From the NCBI GenBank assembly GCA_964291675.2, contig OZ219866.1, forward strand, positions 352,001-416,000: a DNA stretch of 64,000 nt, written 5' to 3'. Shown here piece by piece: positions 1-9,240 of the stretch. The notes under the pieces are model-generated. The model saw only the letters and a program-made list of their open reading frames with translations. It ran no database searches and was not told the DNA's origin. This DNA is from Alphaproteobacteria bacterium. Its GTDB lineage: Bacteria > Pseudomonadota > Alphaproteobacteria > MPNO01. Position 1 is the first letter of the stretch; every line of letters starts with the position of its first letter. Both the position numbers and the translations under genes were made by a program.

Positions 1-1664
1 AGCAGGCGCAGCGAGACCTCGCGCTCGGCCGGGGCTTCCTCGGCCCGTTCGCCGAGCAGCGCGATCCGGTCCTGCAAGTTCTCCTCGCCGGGCGCGGCGA
101 TGAATTCGAGGATCGCGCCGCCGCCCTCGCGGTGGGCGGTGAGCAGCAGGCGCCGCCGCACGGGGTCCTGGTCTTCCTCGTCCCGGCGCAGCAGGGTCAG
201 CAGCGTCTCCTCGGCGGCGGCGTCGAGGCGATGCGTCATCGCCCCGTCCCAGCCGCTGCGCGCGGCGAACCCGGCGAGGAACTCCCTGATCCGCGGCAGC
301 TCGGAGATCTCGAAGCTCACCTGGATGCGGCCGCGGCGGGGCGCGGTGAGCTCCACGAAGAGCGTCATCAGGATGGCCACCAGCCCGCCCGCCGTCATGC
401 CGTTCTCCAGCAGCCCGCCGGCGAAGTCGGAGAAGAACTCGGGGTAAATCAGCCCGTTCTGGAAGCCGACCCCGGCCCAGAACGAGACGCCGACGATCAG
501 CCCCTTGCGGTAGTCGACCCCGTCCTGGATCACGATCTTCATGCCGAGCACGAACAGCATGGCGAGCAGCACCGTGACATAGGCGGCGGCGACCGGGCCC
601 GGTATCGCGAGCACCACGGCGAGCGCCTTGGGCAGGAAGGCGACGGCGACGAAAACGATGCCGAGGGCGATGCCGACGCGGCGCGAGGCGACGCCGGTGA
701 GCTCGGTGACCGAGACGCTCGTCGAATAGGTCGTGTTGGGCACCGTCGCGGCGAGGCCCGACAGCAGGTTGCCCACGCCGTCCGCCGCCACCGCGCCCTG
801 GACGGCGCGGAAGTCGACCGCCCGCTTCCGCCGCCAGGAGACGCCCTGGATCGCCACCGCGTCGCCCACCGTCTCGATGGCGCCGACCAGGGTGACGAAG
901 ACGAAGCCGGGAAGCAGCGCCCAGAACACCGTCCCGAAGCCGAGATCGAGCCCGGGCCAGGCGCCGCCGGGAAGGCCGATCCAGGCGGCTTCCGCGACCC
1001 GCCCCGTGTCGTAGAGCCCGTAGAACCCGGCGACGAAAGAGCCCGCGACCACCCCGATGACCGGCGCCCAGAGGCGCAGCGCCCCCCGCGCCTTGAGCGC
1101 GATGCCGACGATCGCGACCACGGTGGCGAGCGCGCTCAGCGGGCCGGCCAGCGCCGGGCCGCCGTCCGGCACGTGCTTCAGCATGTCGAAGATGATCGGC
1201 ATCACGGTGACCGGTATCAGCATGATCACCGTCCCGGCGACGCTCGGGGTGAGCACCCGGCGGAACAGGGAGAGCCGGGCGGCGAGCGCGAACTGGAACA
1301 GCGCGGAGACCGCGACCAGCGTCGCCAGCATGGCCGGGCCGCCCTTGGCGAGCGCCGCGACGCAGATCGCGATGAAGGCGCCCGACGTACCCATGGCGAG
1401 CACGTAGCCGGCGCCGACCCGGCCCAGCCTGACCGCCTGCAAGACCGTGGTCGCGCCGCTGATGGCGACCGCGGCGAACACCGCCCAGGTCAGGAAATCC
1501 TCGGCCCCGCCGGCGGCGCGCACCACGATCGCCGGCGTCAGCACGACGCCGCCCAGGGTGAGCACGGCGAGCTGCAGCCCGAGACCGAGGGCGAGCGCCG
1601 GCGGCGGTTTCTCGTCCGCCTCGTATCGGATGCCGGCGGTCCCGCCGCCGTCTTCGCTCGTCAT
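1..1664 (-). CDS. NCS2 (xanthine/uracil-type) permease fused to a C-terminal HATPase/anti-sigma-factor-like domain; 3' end beyond window
   Basis: Manual translation from ATG 1664: [20 protein letters not shown]..., [42 protein letters not shown] (NCS2 features), then a soluble tail [19 protein letters not shown]...[11 protein letters not shown]...EVSLRLL. Absent from ORF track because it runs off the edge. Confidence 0.8.
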   Translation of the reverse strand, partial: MTSEDGGGTAGIRYEADEKPPPALALGLGLQLAVLTLGGVVLTPAIVVRAAGGAEDFLTWAVFAAVAISGATTVLQAVRLGRVGAGYVLAMGTSGAFIAICVAALAKGGPAMLATLVAVSALFQFALAARLSLFRRVLTPSVAGTVIMLIPVTVMPIIFDMLKHVPDGGPALAGPLSALATVVAIVGIALKARGALRLWAPVIGVVAGSFVAGFYGLYDTGRVAEAAWIGLPGGAWPGLDLGFGTVFWALLPGFVFVTLVGAIETVGDAVAIQGVSWRRKRAVDFRAVQGAVAADGVGNLLSGLAATVPNTTYSTSVSVTELTGVASRRVGIALGIVFVAVAFLPKALAVVLAIPGPVAAAYVTVLLAMLFVLGMKIVIQDGVDYRKGLIVGVSFWAGVGFQNGLIYPEFFSDFAGGLLENGMTAGGLVAILMTLFVELTAPRRGRIQVSFEISELPRIREFLAGFAARSGWDGAMTHRLDAAAEETLLTLLRRDEEDQDPVRRRLLLTAHREGGGAILEFIAAPGEENLQDRIALLGERAEEAPAEREVSLRL

Positions 1665-1781
1665 GCCCCGGCCCCGGTCGGAGGAAGAGAATCGCGCAGA
1701 CTATGGCATATTGCGCCCGCCCGCGGGCAGGGCCCGCGGATTCGCAAGCACATCCGCTCGACCGGAACGAAGAGGCCTCTC

Positions 1782-2072
1782 ATGCCGATGAAGAACCCGC
1801 CCCATCCCGGGCTGTCGGTGCGCCACGACTGCCTGGAACCGCTCGGACTCAGCGTGACCGAAGCCGCGCGCGGGCTCGGTGTCAGCCGCAAGCAGCTCTC
1901 CGGCCTCGTCAATTGCCGGTCCGGCATCTCGCCGGAGATGGCGATCCGCCTCGACAAGGCCTTCGGCGGCGGGGCGGAGACCTGGTACCGGCTGCAGGCG
2001 GCCTGGGACCTCGCGCAGGCGATGAAGCAGGCGCACCGGATCGAGGTGGATCGTCTGACGACCGCCGGCTGA
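1782..2072 (+). CDS. higA: HigA-family antitoxin (XRE HTH), orphan
   Basis: [40 protein letters not shown]...[29 protein letters not shown]. Confidence 0.9.
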   Translation: MPMKNPPHPGLSVRHDCLEPLGLSVTEAARGLGVSRKQLSGLVNCRSGISPEMAIRLDKAFGGGAETWYRLQAAWDLAQAMKQAHRIEVDRLTTAG

Positions 2073-2082
2073 AGCGGGCTGG

Positions 2083-2568
2083 CTAGGAGCCGAGCGCAGG
2101 CGTCGCCACGGCCTGGCCGGGCCGGATGCCGAGCCGCGCCGCCGTCCCGGCGTTCAGCTCGAGCACCGCGCGCACCGTGCCGCGGGACGGGATGTTCTCC
2201 GTCGACAGCGGCACCGTGCGTTGGACGATCTGCGAGATCCGCCCGCTCGGCGCGATGAAGATCATGTCGAGCGGGATATAGGTGTTGCGCATCCACATCG
2301 AGACCGGCCGGGGCGGGTCGTAGACGAACAGCATCCCGGCATCGGCCGCCAGCCGGCGGCGGAACATCAGCCCTTGCGCATGCTCGCGGGGGGTCCGGGC
2401 GACCTCCACGGTGAAGCGGTGCAGCTTTCCCCCGGCCGCTATGGCGAGGCTCGTTCTGGCGAACTTGGCGAGCGCGCGCTGGGCGGCGGCCGGAGCGGCC
2501 ATGAGGCCGGCGAGACAGGCGGCTAGGCCGAGCGCCACCTGCCGGCGACACACCGGCGGCCCGTTCAC
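2083..2568 (-). CDS. DUF192 family exported protein
   Basis: FTVEVARTP...GLMFRR...GMLF...MWMRNTYIPLDMIF...VLELNAG; N-terminal signal-like segment; GTG start inferred. Confidence 0.88.
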   Translation of the reverse strand: MNGPPVCRRQVALGLAACLAGLMAAPAAAQRALAKFARTSLAIAAGGKLHRFTVEVARTPREHAQGLMFRRRLAADAGMLFVYDPPRPVSMWMRNTYIPLDMIFIAPSGRISQIVQRTVPLSTENIPSRGTVRAVLELNAGTAARLGIRPGQAVATPALGS

Positions 2569-2594
2569 GGCAAGGCGACGCCCCCAACCGGGCG

Positions 2595-3158
2595 CTAGAC
2601 GAACTGCTCGACGCTCCCCGGACCGGGCAGCCTGATCTCGACCGCCTGCATCCCCTTTGGCCCCTGCGCCGTCTTGACCATCACCTTCTGCCCGGTCACC
2701 AGCCCGGCCAGGTTGGCGCGGCGCAACGTCACCATGTGGATGAAGACGTCGAGCTGCGTGTCGTCCGGACACACGAAACCATAGCCCTTGTGCGGGTTGA
2801 ACCATTTGACGGTGGCCATTTCGAAGTCGCCATGCACCTCGGGATGGGCGGGCGAAACGGCGGGCGGGCCGCGCTCGAACCCCCCCTCGCCCTCGGGTAT
2901 CGCCGTCGAGAGGTCGACCGTGAGGATCGACTGGACCTGAAGCCCCTTGGCCGCCTGGACCGTCTCGCACTCCACGGTCGAACCCACCGGAAGCTTGTCC
3001 AGGCCGGCCTGACGCAGCACCGTCATGTGAAGAAAGACGTCGCCCGACGCATCCTCCGGCGTGACGAAGCCGTACCCCTTGACCGCGTTAAACCACTTAA
3101 CCGTACCCCGCATACGGGACGAGGCAACTTGTTCGCCCCCGTCGTGAGACTCCGACAC
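2595..3158 (-). CDS. Cold-shock protein with two CSD domains
   Basis: Two copies of VKWFNxxKGYGFV...DVFxH. Confidence 0.93.
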   Translation of the reverse strand: MSESHDGGEQVASSRMRGTVKWFNAVKGYGFVTPEDASGDVFLHMTVLRQAGLDKLPVGSTVECETVQAAKGLQVQSILTVDLSTAIPEGEGGFERGPPAVSPAHPEVHGDFEMATVKWFNPHKGYGFVCPDDTQLDVFIHMVTLRRANLAGLVTGQKVMVKTAQGPKGMQAVEIRLPGPGSVEQFV

Positions 3159-3195
3159 GACGAATTCTCCCTGAAAAAATTTTTGTTTTGGTTAC

Positions 3196-3222
3196 ATTGG
3201 TACCAATTTGGAGAGAATAGCA
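3196..3222 (-). promoter_or_regulatory. Putative extended -10 promoter (TGCTATTCT) and 12-bp palindrome ATTGGTACCAAT upstream of the cold-shock gene
   Basis: AT-rich island; TGnTATTCT on minus strand at 3214-3222; perfect palindrome 3196-3207. Confidence 0.4.
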
Positions 3223-3384
3223 TTATTGCTCCATGCGGTGCCAATACTTTCGTGGGGCGGTTTCCGGCAGGGGCGGCACTTTGGGCTGGTCAACCGGATG
3301 GCCGCGGATTAGGGTTCGCGGACGCGCGATCGGCCCGGGGACGCGGCGCCGAACGTCGACGGTCATGTCTGCGACAGGGCGGTA

Positions 3385-3861
3385 GTGGTTCACGCATTAT
3401 CTCTGGGTTGTGTGCTGTTCGGCACCTGGCTACTGCTTTCCGGCCATTACGATCCGCTGCTCATCGGGCTCGGGCTCGCCTCCTGCGCGACCGTGGTCTA
3501 CTTCACCCACCGGATGGACGTGATCGACCATGAGGGGCACCCGGTCCACCTGACCTGGCGCGGGGCGGTCTACTGGCCCTGGCTGATGGCCGAGATCGGC
3601 AAGGCCAATATCGACGTGGCCCGGCGCATCCTGACGCCCGGCCGGTCGATCAGCCCGACCCTGCTGCGCGTCCGCGCCAGCCAGTCGACCGATCTCGGCC
3701 GGGTGATCTTCGCCAACTCGATCACGCTCACCCCGGGCACCGTGTCGGTCGATGTCGGCGCGGGCGAAATCCTGGTCCACGCGCTCTCGCGCGACGGCGC
3801 CGAGGAGCTGGCGCGCGGCGAGATGGACCGCCGGGTGACCCGGATGTCGGGCGGCGGCTGA
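3385..3861 (+). CDS. mrpE: Na+/H+ antiporter subunit E
   Basis: EIGKANIDVARRIL...FANSITLTPGTVSV...LVHAL. Confidence 0.92.
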   Translation: MVHALSLGCVLFGTWLLLSGHYDPLLIGLGLASCATVVYFTHRMDVIDHEGHPVHLTWRGAVYWPWLMAEIGKANIDVARRILTPGRSISPTLLRVRASQSTDLGRVIFANSITLTPGTVSVDVGAGEILVHALSRDGAEELARGEMDRRVTRMSGGG

Positions 3862-4127
3862 TGTTCACCGCCGCCGCCATCGGGCTGGTCGCGGCCATGG
3901 CGCTGGCGCTCGCCCGCGCGCTGCTGGGGCCGACGCTGTACGACCGCATCCTCTCGGTCAACACGTTCGGCACCAAGACGGTGCTGATCCTCGCCGTCGT
4001 CGGCTTCCTGTTCGGCCGGCCCGAGTTCCTCGACATCGCGCTCGCCTACGCGCTGATCAACTTCATCGGCACCATCGCGGTGCTCAAGTTCTTCAAATAC
4101 GGCGACCTCGGCGGCACCGGCGGCTGA
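3861..4127 (+). CDS. mrpF: Na+/H+ antiporter subunit F
   Basis: GPTLYDRILSVN...DIALAYALINFIGTIA; TGATG overlap. Confidence 0.92.
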   Translation: MFTAAAIGLVAAMALALARALLGPTLYDRILSVNTFGTKTVLILAVVGFLFGRPEFLDIALAYALINFIGTIAVLKFFKYGDLGGTGG

Positions 4128-4459
4128 TGGCGCTGGTCCTCGACATCGCGAGCTGGGTCCTGCTGCTGGGCGGCGGCGCGCTGGTGGCGATCGGCGGGAT
4201 CGGCATCGTGCGCTTTCCCGACGTCTACACGCGGAGCCACGCGGCCGGCGTCACCGATACCGGCGGCGCCGGGCTGATCCTGATCGGGCTCATGCTGCAG
4301 GGCGGCGCGACCCTGGTGACCGTGAAGCTGATCATGATCCTGGTGTTCATCTTCTTCACCAGCCCCACGGCGACCTTCGCGCTGGTCCATGCCGCCTATG
4401 AGAGCGACGAGGAGCCGGAGCTCGACCACGACCTCCGGGACGGGGAGGCGGAGCTCTGA
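4127..4459 (+). CDS. mrpG: Na+/H+ antiporter subunit G
   Basis: GIVRFPDVYTRSHAAGVTDT...FTSPTAT. Confidence 0.92.
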   Translation: MALVLDIASWVLLLGGGALVAIGGIGIVRFPDVYTRSHAAGVTDTGGAGLILIGLMLQGGATLVTVKLIMILVFIFFTSPTATFALVHAAYESDEEPELDHDLRDGEAEL

Positions 4460-5016
4460 ACGAGGCCGTCAACATCGTCATCCTCCTGTTCATGGCGGTC
4501 GCGGTGATCGGCATCGTCAGGGCGCGCAACCTGTTCGTCGTGGTCATGCTGGCCGGGATCTACAGCCTGCTGGCGGCGACCATCTTCGTAATCCTCGATG
4601 CGGTCGACGTGGCCTTCACCGAGGCCGCGGTCGGCGCCGGCATCTCGACGGTGCTCTTCCTCGGCACGCTCGCGCTCACCACCAGCGAGGAGAAGAAGCC
4701 GGTCCACAACGCCTGGATCTCGCTCGCCGTGGTCGCGGTGACCGGCGCGGTGCTGATCTACGGCACGCTCGACATGCCGCGCTACGGCGATCCGGCGGCG
4801 CCCGCCAACCACCACGTGGTCCCCGAATATCTCGAAGCCGGGCCGGAGAAGACCGGCATTCCCAACGTGGTCACCGCGGTGCTGGCGAGCTACCGCGGCT
4901 ACGACACGCTGGGCGAGGTGACGGTGATCTTCACCGCGGGCATCGGCGTGGTGCTGCTGCTCGGGCGCTGGCGCGCGCATCGCCGCGAGACCGAGGCGGC
5001 GGAGGAGGAGGCATGA
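4456..5016 (+). CDS. Mrp subunit, DUF4040 / MrpA C-terminal-like
   Basis: LDAVDVAFTEAAVGAGISTVLFL; PNVVTAVLASYRGYDTLGE. Probable CTG start at 4456 after GGAGG; first ATG is 4492. Confidence 0.85.
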   Translation: MNEAVNIVILLFMAVAVIGIVRARNLFVVVMLAGIYSLLAATIFVILDAVDVAFTEAAVGAGISTVLFLGTLALTTSEEKKPVHNAWISLAVVAVTGAVLIYGTLDMPRYGDPAAPANHHVVPEYLEAGPEKTGIPNVVTAVLASYRGYDTLGEVTVIFTAGIGVVLLLGRWRAHRRETEAAEEEA

Positions 5017-5429
5017 GGGATTTGCTGATCCTCCGCGTCGTCACCAAGCTGCTGATGCCGTTCATCCTGATCTTCGCGCTCTATGTGCAGTTCCACGGCG
5101 ATTACGGGCCGGGCGGCGGTTTCCAGGCCGGCGTGATCTTCGGCGCCGGGTTCATCCTCTACGGGCTGGTCTTCGGCCTCGACGATTTGCGCGGCGTGCT
5201 GTCGTCCGGCGTGCTGCGCGCCGGGTTCGCCCTCGGCCTGCTGATCTTCGCCGGCGTCGGCGTCGCCGGGCTGATGCTGGGCGGCAACTATCTCGACTAC
5301 AACGTCCTCGCCCGCGACCCGGTGCACGGCCAGCATCTCGGCATCCTGCTGATCGAGTTCGGCGTCGGCCTCACCGTCGCCTCGGTGATGGTGTCCATCT
5401 TCTACTACTTCGCCGGGCGGGAACGCTGA
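5013..5429 (+). CDS. mrpB: Na+/H+ antiporter subunit B
   Basis: LYVQFHGDYGPGGGFQAG; ATGA overlap at 5013. Confidence 0.92.
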   Translation: MRDLLILRVVTKLLMPFILIFALYVQFHGDYGPGGGFQAGVIFGAGFILYGLVFGLDDLRGVLSSGVLRAGFALGLLIFAGVGVAGLMLGGNYLDYNVLARDPVHGQHLGILLIEFGVGLTVASVMVSIFYYFAGRER

Positions 5430-5430
5430 G

Positions 5431-5790
5431 TTGGTGGATTTCGTCGGCCTCTACAACTACTGGATCGTCGTCTTCCTGATGATGGCGGGGCTCTATCTCG
5501 TCATCGAGCACGGCAATTTGGTCAAGAAGATGGTGGGGCTCACCGTGTTCCAGGCCGCCGTCTTCGTGCTCTACATCACCCTCGGCAAGGTCCGGGACGG
5601 CACCGCGCCGATCGTCGCCGAGGGGATCGAGATCTACTCCAACCCGCTGCCGCATGTGCTGATCCTGACCGCGATCGTGGTCGGCGTGGCGACGCTCGCG
5701 CTCGGCCTCGCGCTGGTGGTGCGCATCCGCGAGGCCTACGGCACCATCGAGGAGGACGAGATCGGCGACCAGGACGGGCCGGCGATATGA
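5431..5790 (+). CDS. mrpC: Na+/H+ antiporter subunit C
   Basis: NLVKK...NPLPHVLILTAIVVG...YGTIEEDEI; start 5431 (TTG) or 5434 (GTG). Confidence 0.92.
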   Translation: MVDFVGLYNYWIVVFLMMAGLYLVIEHGNLVKKMVGLTVFQAAVFVLYITLGKVRDGTAPIVAEGIEIYSNPLPHVLILTAIVVGVATLALGLALVVRIREAYGTIEEDEIGDQDGPAI

Positions 5791-7262
5791 CGGCCCACCT
5801 GCCCGCCCTCCAGGTCGTGCTCACGCTGCTGGCGGCGCCCGCCTGCATCCTGGTGCGGGGGCGCGACCTCGCCTTCTTCCTCGCCCTGTCGACGACCTGG
5901 GCGGCCTTCGCGGTGTCCTGCCTGCTGCTGGACCAGGTGTTGGTAGAGGGCGTCATCAGCTACGAGCTCGGCGGCTGGGCCGCGCCGTTCGGCATCGAGT
6001 ACCGGGTCGACGCGCTCAACGCCTTCGTGCTGCTGATCGTCAGCGGAATCGGCGCGGTGGTCCTTCCCTTCACCCCGCGCAGCCTGCTGATCGAGATGGT
6101 GGGCGAGAAGGCCTATCTGTTCTACTGCGCCTTCCTGCTCTGCGTGACCGGGCTGCTCGGCGTCGCGATCACCGGCGATGCGTTCAACCTGTTCGTCTTC
6201 CTGGAGATCTCCTCGCTCGCCTCCTGCATCCTGATCAGCCTCGGGCCGCACCGCCGGGCGCTCACCGCCGCCTTCCAGTATTTGATCGTCGGCACCATCG
6301 GGGCGACCTTCATCGTCATCGGCATCGGGCTGATCTACGGCGCGACCGGCACGCTCAACATGAACGACATCGCCGAGCGCCTGCCGGAGACCGGCTACAA
6401 CCGGACGGTGATCGCCGCCTTCGCCTTCCTGATCGTCGGCGCGGCGATCAAGCTCGCCCTGTTCCCGCTGCATTTCTGGCTGCCCAAGGCCTACACCTAC
6501 GCGCCGTCCACGGTCAGCGCCTTCCTCGCCGCGACCGCGACCAAGGTGGGCGTCTATGTCCTGATCCGCTTCCTGTTCACCGTCTTCGGCGTAAAATTCT
6601 CTTTCGACATCCTGCCCACCGCGCTGCCGCTGATGGTGCTCGCGGTGCTCGCCATGTTCGTCGCCTCGACGATCGCGATCTTCCAGGACAGCGTGAAGCG
6701 CATGCTCGCCTATTCGAGCGTCGCCCAGATCGGCTACATGGTGCTGGGCTTGAGCCTGGTGACGGTGGACGGGCTCACCGCCTCGATAATCCACCTGTTC
6801 AACCACGCGCTGATGAAGGGCGCGCTGTTCCTCGCCATCGGCTGCATCGCCTACCGCCAGGCCTCGTTCCGGATCGAGGATTTCGCCGGCATGGGCAGGC
6901 GCATGCCGTGGACCATGGCGGCGTTCGCGGCCGGCGGGCTCAGCCTGATCGGGATCCCGCTGACCGCGGGCTTCATCTCCAAGTGGTACCTGATCCTCGC
7001 CGCGCTCGCCGCCGGCGAGCCGTTGATCGCCGCGCTGATCGTGATCTCCTCGCTGCTCGCGGTGGTCTATGTCTGGCGCGTGGTGGAGGCGGCCTATTTC
7101 CGCGCGCCCCCGCCCGATGCGCCCACCGGCGAGGCGCCGGCGGCGCTGCTCGTCCCGACCTGGCTGCTGATCGCGCTCAATTTCTATTTCGGCATCGAGA
7201 CCTCGCTCCCCGTCGGCGTCGCCGAACACGCCGCGCGGGCGCTGATGGGGGCGGGGCCGTGA
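5787..7262 (+). CDS. mrpD: Na+/H+ antiporter subunit D (copy 1)
   Basis: TGDAFNLFVFLEI; KLALFPLHFWLPKAYTYAP; KRMLAYSSVAQIGY. Confidence 0.92.
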   Translation: MTAHLPALQVVLTLLAAPACILVRGRDLAFFLALSTTWAAFAVSCLLLDQVLVEGVISYELGGWAAPFGIEYRVDALNAFVLLIVSGIGAVVLPFTPRSLLIEMVGEKAYLFYCAFLLCVTGLLGVAITGDAFNLFVFLEISSLASCILISLGPHRRALTAAFQYLIVGTIGATFIVIGIGLIYGATGTLNMNDIAERLPETGYNRTVIAAFAFLIVGAAIKLALFPLHFWLPKAYTYAPSTVSAFLAATATKVGVYVLIRFLFTVFGVKFSFDILPTALPLMVLAVLAMFVASTIAIFQDSVKRMLAYSSVAQIGYMVLGLSLVTVDGLTASIIHLFNHALMKGALFLAIGCIAYRQASFRIEDFAGMGRRMPWTMAAFAAGGLSLIGIPLTAGFISKWYLILAALAAGEPLIAALIVISSLLAVVYVWRVVEAAYFRAPPPDAPTGEAPAALLVPTWLLIALNFYFGIETSLPVGVAEHAARALMGAGP

Positions 7263-8779
7263 GCGTTCCCCTCGCCATGGCGGTGGCCCTGCTCGGCCCG
7301 CTCGCTGGCGCGGTGCTGATCGCGCTGTTCGGGCGGCGGCCGAACCTGCGCGACGGCGCGATGATCGCCGCCTCGGTCGTCACCTTCCTCGCGGTATACC
7401 GCATCCTTCCGGCGGTCGAGGCGGGCGGCAGGCCGGAGCTGTTCTTGTTCGACTTCGTGCCGGGGCTCGGCCTCCGCTTCGTGGTCGAGCCGCTCGGCAT
7501 GCTGTTTGCGCTGGTCGCCTCGTTCCTCTGGATCGTCACCGCGTTCTACGCCATCGGCTACATGCGGGGGCACCACGAGGAGAACCAGACCCGGTTCTAT
7601 GTCTGTTTCGCGATCGCCATCTCGGCGGCGCTCGGCGTCGCCATGTCGGGCAACATGCTGACGCTGTTCATCGCCTACGAGGTGCTGACGCTCTCCACCT
7701 ACCCGCTGGTCACCCACCACCAGTCGCCGGAATCGATGCGCGCCGGGCGTACCTATCTCGGCATCCTGCTGTCGACCTCGATCGGGCTCCAGCTTGTCGG
7801 CATCGTCTGGACCTACGGGGCGGCCGGCACGCTCGACTTCACGCCCGGCGGCATCCTCGCCGGCAAGGTCGAGGGCTGGGCGCTGATCCTGCTGCTGTTC
7901 CTCTACATGTACGGCATCGGCAAGGCGGCGCTGATGCCGATCCACCGCTGGCTGCCGGCGGCGATGGTGGCGCCGACGCCGGTCAGCGCGCTGCTGCACG
8001 CCGTCGCCGTGGTCAAGGCCGGCGTGTTCACCGTGCTCAAGGTCGCGATCTACATCTTCGGCGTCGACTATCTCAGCGAGACCGGGGCGAGCACCTGGCT
8101 GATGTATGTCGCGGGCGCCACCATCGTCATCGCCTCGCTGGTCGCGCTGACCAAGGACAACCTCAAGGCCCGGCTCGCCTACTCGACGGTGAGCCAGCTC
8201 AGCTACGTGGTGCTCGGCGCGGCGCTGGCGACGAGCTGGAGCGTGGTCGGCGGGGCGATGCATATCGCCATGCACGCCTTCGGCAAGATCACGCTGTTCT
8301 TCTGCGCCGGCGCGATCATGGTGGCGGCGCACAAGACCGAGATCAGCGACATGGGCGGGCTCGGGCGGCGCATGCCGTTCACCTTCGCCGCCTTCGCCAT
8401 CGGCGCGCTCAGCGTCACCGGGCTGCCGCCGCTCGGTGGCGCGTGGAGCAAGTGGTATCTCGGCCTCGGCGCGGCGGATGCCGAGCAGCTGATCTTCGTC
8501 GCCGTGCTGATGATCTCGTCGCTCTTGAACGTCGCCTATCTGATCCCGGTCGCCGCGCGCGGCTTCGTCTCGCTCAGGCGCGAGGGAGAGCCCGCTCCGC
8601 TCCCGGCGGGCGCCGCGGTCGCGCCGGGGCACGGCGAGCATGACGACGAAGGCGGCGGCATCAGGGAGGCGCCGATGTTCTGCGTCGTGCCGCTCTGCCT
8701 GACCGCGATCGGCTGCCTGGTGCTGTTCTTCGCGGCCGACGACATCGCCGCCTTCCTCGCCCCCATCGCCGAACGCTGA
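7259..8779 (+). CDS. mrpD: Na+/H+ antiporter subunit D/A-like (copy 2)
   Basis: GKAALMPIHRWLPAAMVAPTPVSALLHAVAVVKAG; LKARLAYSTVSQL; GTGA overlap. Confidence 0.9.
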   Translation: MSVPLAMAVALLGPLAGAVLIALFGRRPNLRDGAMIAASVVTFLAVYRILPAVEAGGRPELFLFDFVPGLGLRFVVEPLGMLFALVASFLWIVTAFYAIGYMRGHHEENQTRFYVCFAIAISAALGVAMSGNMLTLFIAYEVLTLSTYPLVTHHQSPESMRAGRTYLGILLSTSIGLQLVGIVWTYGAAGTLDFTPGGILAGKVEGWALILLLFLYMYGIGKAALMPIHRWLPAAMVAPTPVSALLHAVAVVKAGVFTVLKVAIYIFGVDYLSETGASTWLMYVAGATIVIASLVALTKDNLKARLAYSTVSQLSYVVLGAALATSWSVVGGAMHIAMHAFGKITLFFCAGAIMVAAHKTEISDMGGLGRRMPFTFAAFAIGALSVTGLPPLGGAWSKWYLGLGAADAEQLIFVAVLMISSLLNVAYLIPVAARGFVSLRREGEPAPLPAGAAVAPGHGEHDDEGGGIREAPMFCVVPLCLTAIGCLVLFFAADDIAAFLAPIAER

Positions 8780-8789
8780 GACCCGGGCG

Positions 8790-9056
8790 ATGGCCGAGAG
8801 CAGGAGACCCGAAGGCGAACGCGAATACTGGCTCGACCGCCCGGGCAGCGTGACCAAGGTGTTCTGGGCGGTGGTCGGCGTCTGTGCGGCGCTCGGGCTG
8901 CTCGACTTCTTCTACCACAAGCATGCCGAGCTCGGCTTCGACGGGTCGTTCGGGTTCCAGGGATGGTACGGCTTCGTCTGCTGCGTGTTCCTGGTGCTGG
9001 CCGCCAAGGAGCTCAGGAAGCTCCTGAAGCGGGACGAGGACTACTATGATCGTTAG
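8790..9056 (+). CDS. Small two-TM membrane protein within the mrp operon
   Basis: Two hydrophobic segments; C-terminal LLKRDEDYYDR; lies between mrpD copies. Confidence 0.75.
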   Translation: MAESRRPEGEREYWLDRPGSVTKVFWAVVGVCAALGLLDFFYHKHAELGFDGSFGFQGWYGFVCCVFLVLAAKELRKLLKRDEDYYDR

Positions 9057-9240
9057 CCTGCATTTCGCACCAGGGTCACGGCCTGCGTCGCGCCCGGGCG
9101 CGACCCTTCGGGCGGCGCTGTCCGGCCGACAGGGTGCGTCGAGGCGCTTGCCCGATGTCCCCGCATCGCGCTGCGCGCCTCTCCTGCCCTGTCGGCCGGA
9201 CAGCGCCGCGCAGGCCATGACCCTGGTGCGAAATGCAGGC
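9056..9240. mobile_element. MITE (185 bp) with 32-bp terminal inverted repeats and TA target duplication
   Basis: 9056-9087 GCCTGCATTTCGCACCAGGGTCACGGCCTGCG is the reverse complement of 9209-9240 with 1 mismatch; inner 22-bp IR 9113-9134/9187-9208; flanked by TA at 9054-55 and 9241-42. Confidence 0.88.

Noticed and set aside
132-1781. 646-aa plus-strand ORF (132-2072) as a long HigA fusion
   Set aside because: The upstream part is the antisense shadow of the NCS2 gene; only 1782-2072 has HigA motifs.
3225-3245. Sigma54 promoter (TTGGCAC) upstream of the cold-shock gene
   Set aside because: GG-to-GC spacing is off by one and there is no TTGC element.
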